Under the pieces are notes generated by a model. It made no database searches. It saw nothing but the letters and a program-made list of their open reading frames with translations, and had not been told where the DNA came from. DNA of 64,000 bases, taken from NCBI RefSeq assembly GCF_009914755.1, contig NC_060926.1; one strand, 5' to 3'. Of the stretch, positions 57,540 through 64,000 are shown piece after piece. A program made the position numbers and the translations under genes. Source of the DNA: the human T2T-CHM13v2.0 reference genome, Homo sapiens. Positions within the stretch are counted from its first letter, which is position 1; each line of letters starts with the position of its first letter.

Positions 57540-59800
57540 TGTATGTAGAATAGCAACAAATCAAATCCAGGAAAGTGCTCAAAGAATAATACATGTGATC
57601 AAATAGTTTATTGTAGGATTGCAAAATTTGTTTAGCTTTAAAAATACTATTAACATATTTTACCATCCTTTGGCATAGTATGAGAAAAAATAAAAAAATA
57701 TGATAAAATACGATTGTGTCTCAATAGATGATACAATAACATTGAATACCATTAAATATCCATTTCTTATTAAAACTAGTAAGCTAGAATTAAAGGATAC
57801 TTTCTTACATGGTAGAGATTATCTGTCCAAAGGTAACAACCAACATCATATTTAATGCTGATTTTTACTATGGTCAAGAGCAAAACAAGCAAGCTCACTA
57901 TCACCACTTCTTCCCTGTCTCAGTGTGAAATCAATTGAGAGGAGTCATCAGACACATGGGTCAAAATGTCAGCTTCATTACTGATAAAGCCAACTGCAGC
58001 ATGTTGCTTTAGATCTGAAGCCAGAGGAGCTTGCCAGCAGTCCCTGAATTAGACAATATACCACAGTCACTGGCAGCTCTGACTCTCTCCACCCACACCC
58101 AGCTAGGACTGGCTCTTTCAGGAAGCAGAGAAAACCAGACAACGCTGCCTTCTCAGATGGCAGATTCAAAGAGAATCTAGAAAAGGCTAAGCCATGCAGG
58201 CAAATTCTTTCTCCCAAACAAATGCTCCCAAGAAGAAAAATATGAGAATTAGAGGAAGGTCAGGAGCATCACAGAAATGCAACCTTTACCATGTGGAAGC
58301 ATGTAGTCAAGGGGACCCCTAACAGTATTCTACACTCTTTGAGAAGTTTTAGCCATTGTGATAGGACAGGAAAAAGAAACAGGAATGATAAATATCTTAA
58401 AGGAAAATCAGAATGATTGATCATTATCTGCAAATGTTATAGCTATCTATTTAGAAAATCCAAGCAAATCAATTGAGAAACATTAATTAGAGCTTATAAA
58501 AGTGTTTGGTAAGCTAGCCTATTGCTTTCCTTAAATGATAGAATTAATGGCTTTTCTATATACCAGCGAAGTTAGAAAATTGGGCAAGTTGTGGAAGGAG
58601 GGATCCTGGGAAAATAAATTCATAACAATGTCCAATAAATACAATAAAAGAATTTTGGAAGAAAATCTGCCTTGCCAAACGACAAAATATGTTATGAAGC
58701 TGCAATAATTCTTAAAGTGTGGTAGTGGCAAAAGAATGTTTGCAAGATGAAGAGAAGAATACTAAATTCAGAAACAGAACTAATAAATAGGTTTAGAATA
58801 TGAAATAGTGGCTGTGATGGTTTGAATGTGTCCCCTCCAAAATTCAAGTGTTCGCAATGTGATGGCTTTAAGAGGTGGGGCCTGTAAGAGTGATTAGGCC
58901 GCGAGGGCTCCTTCCTCATGAATGGGATTTAAGGCCCTTATAAAAGAGGCTTCATGCAGTATTTAGCCCTTTTTGTCCTTCCACCTTCTGCTATGTGAGG
59001 ACACAGCGTTTCTCCCCAACAGAGGATGCAGCATCAAGACGCCATCTTGAACATGGAGACCAGACCCTCAACAATGAATCTGCCAGCCTCTCGATCCTGG
59101 ACTCTCAGCCTCCAGAACTGTGAGAAACAAAATTATGTTGTTTTTTAACTACCCAGTTGCAGGTGTTGTTTTGTAGCAGCCCGAACAAAAAGAGTGACAT
59201 TTAAAGTCATGATTCTAGGAAGGATTGTCAACAAATGCAGTTGGCATAACTGAAAAAATACAAGTTAAATCTGTCATCCCATGCACCAAAAGAAATCCCA
59301 GATGATTTAAAAATTTAGACAATGAAAATGAAATCATACCACCACTAAAGGAGAATGTAGATACACATTTTTATTTCCTTGGGGTGAAGAAGGGCTTCCT
59401 AAACTTCAAGACAAAGGTAGAATATTGAAGATAGATTTGCCCACACAAGCAATTTTAAACTTCCAAATACCAAAAAGCCTTAAAAATTAAGTGGAAAGGG
59501 CACCTGTGAGAAATGTGACAGAGGGTCAAAACTTCGCATGTCAAGGGCTTCTTAATATTCAATAAGGACACTTCCACATCTCTGATGGCAAAAGGGACCA
59601 ATGACAGTTACAGCCAATTCACAAGAAAGAAGTCAAAATGCCAGTAAATTCCTGAAAGTGATGTTTAATCTCACTGATATTCAAAGAAATGCCAACTAAA
59701 ATATTAAATTGATAAAACTTTGAAAATGTGTGTGTATATGCTGGGAAGCCTGTAGGAAAGGGGCGTTTCTGTACATTTCTGGCGGACGTAAAGTTTCTGC
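57540..59800 (+). mobile_element. Highly diverged older L1 ORF2 remnants (probably continuing from ~53050-54430)
   Basis: Degenerate L1 ORF2-like motifs, e.g. 'ttatctgcaaatgttatagctatctatttagaaaatcc'. Confidence 0.6.
58813..59190 (+). mobile_element. MST/MLT1A-type LTR
   Basis: 'tgtgatggtttgaatgtgtcccctccaaaattca...cagcctccagaactgtgagaaa'. Confidence 0.8.
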
Positions 59801-62049
59801 AGGACGGAATGTATGGCATGACATGATTTCATTTTTGGTAAAGTATGTTTAAAATTTGCTTAGAGAAAGATGGAAGATTCCAAATATTAACCATGGTTAT
59901 TTCTAAATGAGTGTTTACAATTTTTATTTGTGTGTTCTCAGTTTTTTACAACAAAATGGTCTTATTTTTGTAACCATACTGAAAGCTATTTTTTTAAAAA
60001 TTAAAGAATACAATTATGAGGCTACTTTAGAAAACTTTGAGGAGTGAGTAAAAGATTGGGGACGTCCTAGAAGGTACAAAGTGACAGTGATTAGAAGTGT
60101 GGTATGAGTGTGGGAATTAACAGACTAATGGACTAGAAGAGATGGACTAGAAAGAGTCCTCGGTGGATATTAGATCTCAAGACTGTTGGAGCTGAAAAAC
60201 TGTCATTTGGAAGATTGCAAGCGATTCCCATAGGGGGAATGTTTCCCTGGGAGGGGCCGCTTACTAAACCCCTTTAAATTGGAAACAACCCAAATATCCA
60301 ACGATGGGGAATTGGCTAAGTAAATGATGGTACATTGATTCATTGGAGTTCTATGTGGCCATACAAATGCTGTGTTGGTAGAATATTTAATGGCATGGAA
60401 ATTTGTTTACAGTTTATTGTGAAGTGCACGTTTGGTTTCAAAACCAAATGCATATTATGATCCATATTTGTAAAAAATATGTATTTATTTACAGAAAAGA
60501 GTTGAAGGATGCCTTTCATTTTTTTCTGTTGACTTATCTGTATTATATTTTTTCTATAATGAGCATCTATTTATTTTATAAGACAGTACACTACAGATGT
60601 AATTTATATATAGTTTACATAAAAATGTAAAAAGAGAGGGAATGGTTTTCAGGTCCGTAAGTCTTGACTCTGAGATGACGCAATGAATCAATGCACCCAG
60701 GAAGGGTGAGTCAGAAGGGGGTTTGTCAGCAAAAGGCAAGAGGGGCAAATGCTATTGTGGGCCTCCTAAATCCTGTCCATGGGAGAGCCCCCTGGCCTCC
60801 AAAGAGTAAAGAGCCACAGGCTAAATCCTCTGTCCTGTGAGGCAGCAGCTTGAGGCCACCTTGACCAGGAGTCATGTGACATCTGCTTCATGTCGCTGGC
60901 TCTCTGGTTCTGGCTCTGTGCACATGGCTAACTGCTGGTGGTGTGGGCTTCCCTTGGGCTGTGGAGAATGGATTAATGGGACATTATCTGGGACAGGAGG
61001 CCAGCTGAGTCATGCTTCCCTGTAGGGAGATGAGCAATGACTGGAGAGTCTGAAACGACGGTGAGGGAGAGGCATTAAGAGCCACAGGGCTGTGTGCCTG
61101 TGGGGTTAAGGGCAGGCGGAAACACCCAGAAGAGGAGAACTGTTCTGAGAGGGGAAATGATGGAACAACTTTGAACTTGTCGCACTTGTAGACCTGCAGG
61201 ACATATAGATGGAGATTTCTTGGGTGTGGTAAGATGTTCATGTCTGGGAGGATTCTGGACCAGGAGAACAAATACAGGGTCATCAACAGATGATATTCTT
61301 GAAGGAGGTCACCCAGGAAACCCAGAGAATGAGAGAGAAAAGCAGCTAAGGACAGAACCCCAGCACTCCAACACCCAGGGGCATGGAGGAGAAGGAGAGC
61401 ACGCACAGAAGTGTGAGGGGATGACCAGAGAAGTGGGGATCAGCACGGAACCCAGGGCAGAGCGGGATGCTGAGGCCAGGGAGTCATCAGCGGTGTTGAG
61501 TGGCACAGAGCAGTGCAGAAGGACAGACGATGAGGTGAAACCATTTTGGTCAAACCCCAGGGGCAGAAGGCAGGCTGCGCCTTGCTGAGAATTGGACCAG
61601 AGGGAAGAGAAGACTGAGTGTCCACTGTCACAAGGAGACAGGGTTTGAAGGGAAAAGGATGGACCTGTCATTGTGTGGGACTGCAGAGCTTTGAGAATGC
61701 TTGTATCCCAAAAAGTAAAAGTGTACAGAGAGAAACTTCATTATATGGAAGGTACTGCAGCCAGAGGAAGAAAATGATAGAGCCGAAAGGCTGATGATCA
61801 CAGAGAGTTAGGGGCCCCACCTCCAGCTGAAGCAGGAACACACCCACTGGTTCAGGAGGGAAGAAGGATGGACAGACAGATGTCAGTTTGTCTTGGGAGT
61901 CCAGATTAGTGAGAGAGGAAGTTTAGTGGTATCTTTTCTTTTAATAAAATAAGAGTCAGAATCATTTGCTGAGAGAGAGGCAGAGATGGTTGGACACAGA
62001 GCTTGCGCAGCAGTAAATGTTAGAAATGGCTGTTGTGGTTAGTGGGAGA

Positions 62050-62427
62050 GTATATTAGTCTGTTCTCACACTGCTAATAAAGACATACCCAAGCCTGGGT
62101 AATTTATAAAGGAAAGAGGTGTAATTGATTCACAACTCTGCAGGGCTGGGGAGGCCTCAGGAAACTTACAATCATAGTGGAAAGGGAAGCAAGCACATCC
62201 CTGTTCACATGATGGCAGAAAGGGGAAGTGCTGAGCAAAGAGGGAAAAGCCCCTTATAAAACCATCAGATCTCGTGAGAACTCACTCACTATCATGAGGA
62301 CAGCATGAGGGTAACAGCCCCTCCCTGATTAAATTACCTCCCACTGGGTCCCTCCCACAACACATGGGGGTTATGGGAACTACAATTCAAAATGAGATTT
62401 GGGTGGGGACACAGCCAAACCATATCA
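62050..62427 (-). mobile_element. THE1-type solo LTR
   Basis: 'tattagtctgttctcacactgctaataaagacatacc...gccaaaccatatca'. Confidence 0.9.
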
Positions 62428-64000
62428 GAGAGGTAGCTGATTAGGAGCAAAGGGAAAATGGGTGGGTAGCATGGAGAGACCATGAGTGTTAGTGGCACCT
62501 GCAGTAAGGGATGCTTCCTGCTATGAGCCTGTCACATGTCTTATTCTCTGATCTATCACGAAGGGTTAAGGAGAGACATGGTCTATCTTTCAGTTGTCCT
62601 CAATCCTGAAGAATTATTCTAGTAAGTCTCTGTGCTAGGCTTGCAGAACAAGGTTCATGGTCTCTAGGGGCATCTAGCCAAAAGAAGTGGGGAGACAAGA
62701 ACATAAAATAAGGAACTTGATCAGCCTGGGCAATAAGTGGTGGTGGTGGGGAGGCAACTTCTTGCTACAGTAACCAGGGAACTCATGGGCGGGTGGCTTT
62801 TGCACTGGAATCCAAGGGATGGGCATAATTTTGGAAGGTAGAATGTTTTCCTGGTTGGAGGGAGGTGGGTGAGCAAAGGGATATGATATGGAAGCACCAA
62901 CAGGTGTGTAGACCAGGCCAGCAGGAGAGGAGGGCATGGGTGAGATGGGTGAGATGGAAGGGGCTGGGGCAGCAGGGAGGGTCCTGAACACCAGGGATCA
63001 ACTGTTCATGAGCAACTATATAATTTCTTGGAGAAAGCTTGTGAAATGACCAGGTGCTGTTTTAGGAAGGTGAATCTGGCATAATTTCTAGGAAGGAGAG
63101 GAAAGGATAACCTGGGGGTAGAGAGAAGGCTCCTGTGTCACAGATCTCTTAAAGAGTGGCTAATGAGTGGCAAAACAATGAGATTAAACAATCCATGTGA
63201 TTATGCATTTACACTTCTAATTTTAAATCCAGCACCCTAATTAAGCATAAATTATTTTGCCATTCAAATGTATTCTGGTTCGAAGCTCCCTCTCTGTTGG
63301 TGGTGAGAAGGAGGAGGGTGGAGGGGAAGTAACCACAAGTCAACAATCAGAATCATCTGTCGTTTCTACTGAAGAGTTCCGAAGGCCATGCAGCCGTTCC
63401 TAGGTTTCTTGCCTTCTAAATGGTAAAGAAAATAGCAAGCTGGCCGCTTGCCATCCTGACCTGGCTGTGCCTTCTTTGAGAGGTGGCCATTGCTGGAGGT
63501 GGGTTGTGTCCTTTGGCTGTGACTGATTCTTCATGTAGCCCGCCCAAGTCCCTGCCCTGTGAAGGACGGCTGGAGTAGAGCATGGGAGAGTCCAGTTGCC
63601 CCCATGTCTAGAATCAATTAGAAGCCCAGTTATCACCAAGAAGAGCTTCCAGGCACCAAACAAATTTACACAGGATGCCAGACATTCCCTCTGTGACAGC
63701 CGAGGAAGGGGATGTCCGAGCCCAGCTGGGCAGGGAAATGCAGCCCATTCCAATCCCCTGTCAGTGGCGCAGATGGCTTGAGGGGAAAGCTGGGTAGGAT
63801 GGAGGGAGGGAACCCAGGTAGGAGGGGAGGGGATGCTGGTTTCACTCGGATCTGCAGGACCAGCCTGCATGTTTGGGAACCTGTGCTTCTGCAGAGCTGC
63901 TGCTCTCCCTCTGGCAGATGAGCTGCGAGCCTCATTTGTCCTGCAGTGGTAATCCCCTTCCCTCACCTGTTCCACCAGTGGGACAAAGCCACTATTGGGG

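Noticed and set aside
63400-63975. 191-aa minus-strand ORF near the window end
   Set aside because: No recognisable domain or convincing splice or promoter context

Overview
Human (primate) genomic DNA, not prokaryotic. The window holds the 5' half of ASB18 (ankyrin repeat and SOCS box protein 18) on the minus strand: coding exons at 38004-37800, 15085-14963 and 11627-11360, all with canonical GT-AG junctions and matching phases. The remaining exons lie beyond position 1. About 26 kb of repeat-rich upstream DNA follows (38.2-64 kb). Most of the rest is interspersed repeat: Alus, old L1s, MaLR/ERV LTRs, MIR, L3/CR1 and DNA-transposon fossils. Main observations: (1) 'exon 2' looks like the 3' part of a second first exon with its own TATA box, whose peptide aligns without gaps to the exon 1 peptide, suggesting duplicated, interchangeable N-terminal modules; (2) a well-preserved non-mammalian-type L1/Tx1 reverse-transcriptase fossil at ~30.2-30.9 kb; (3) three short direct-orientation local duplications, one with a 97-bp target duplication; (4) several repeat-free, homeodomain-motif-rich blocks that may be long-range enhancers. 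Repeat subfamily names were assigned by eye, and most repeat boundaries are approximate.
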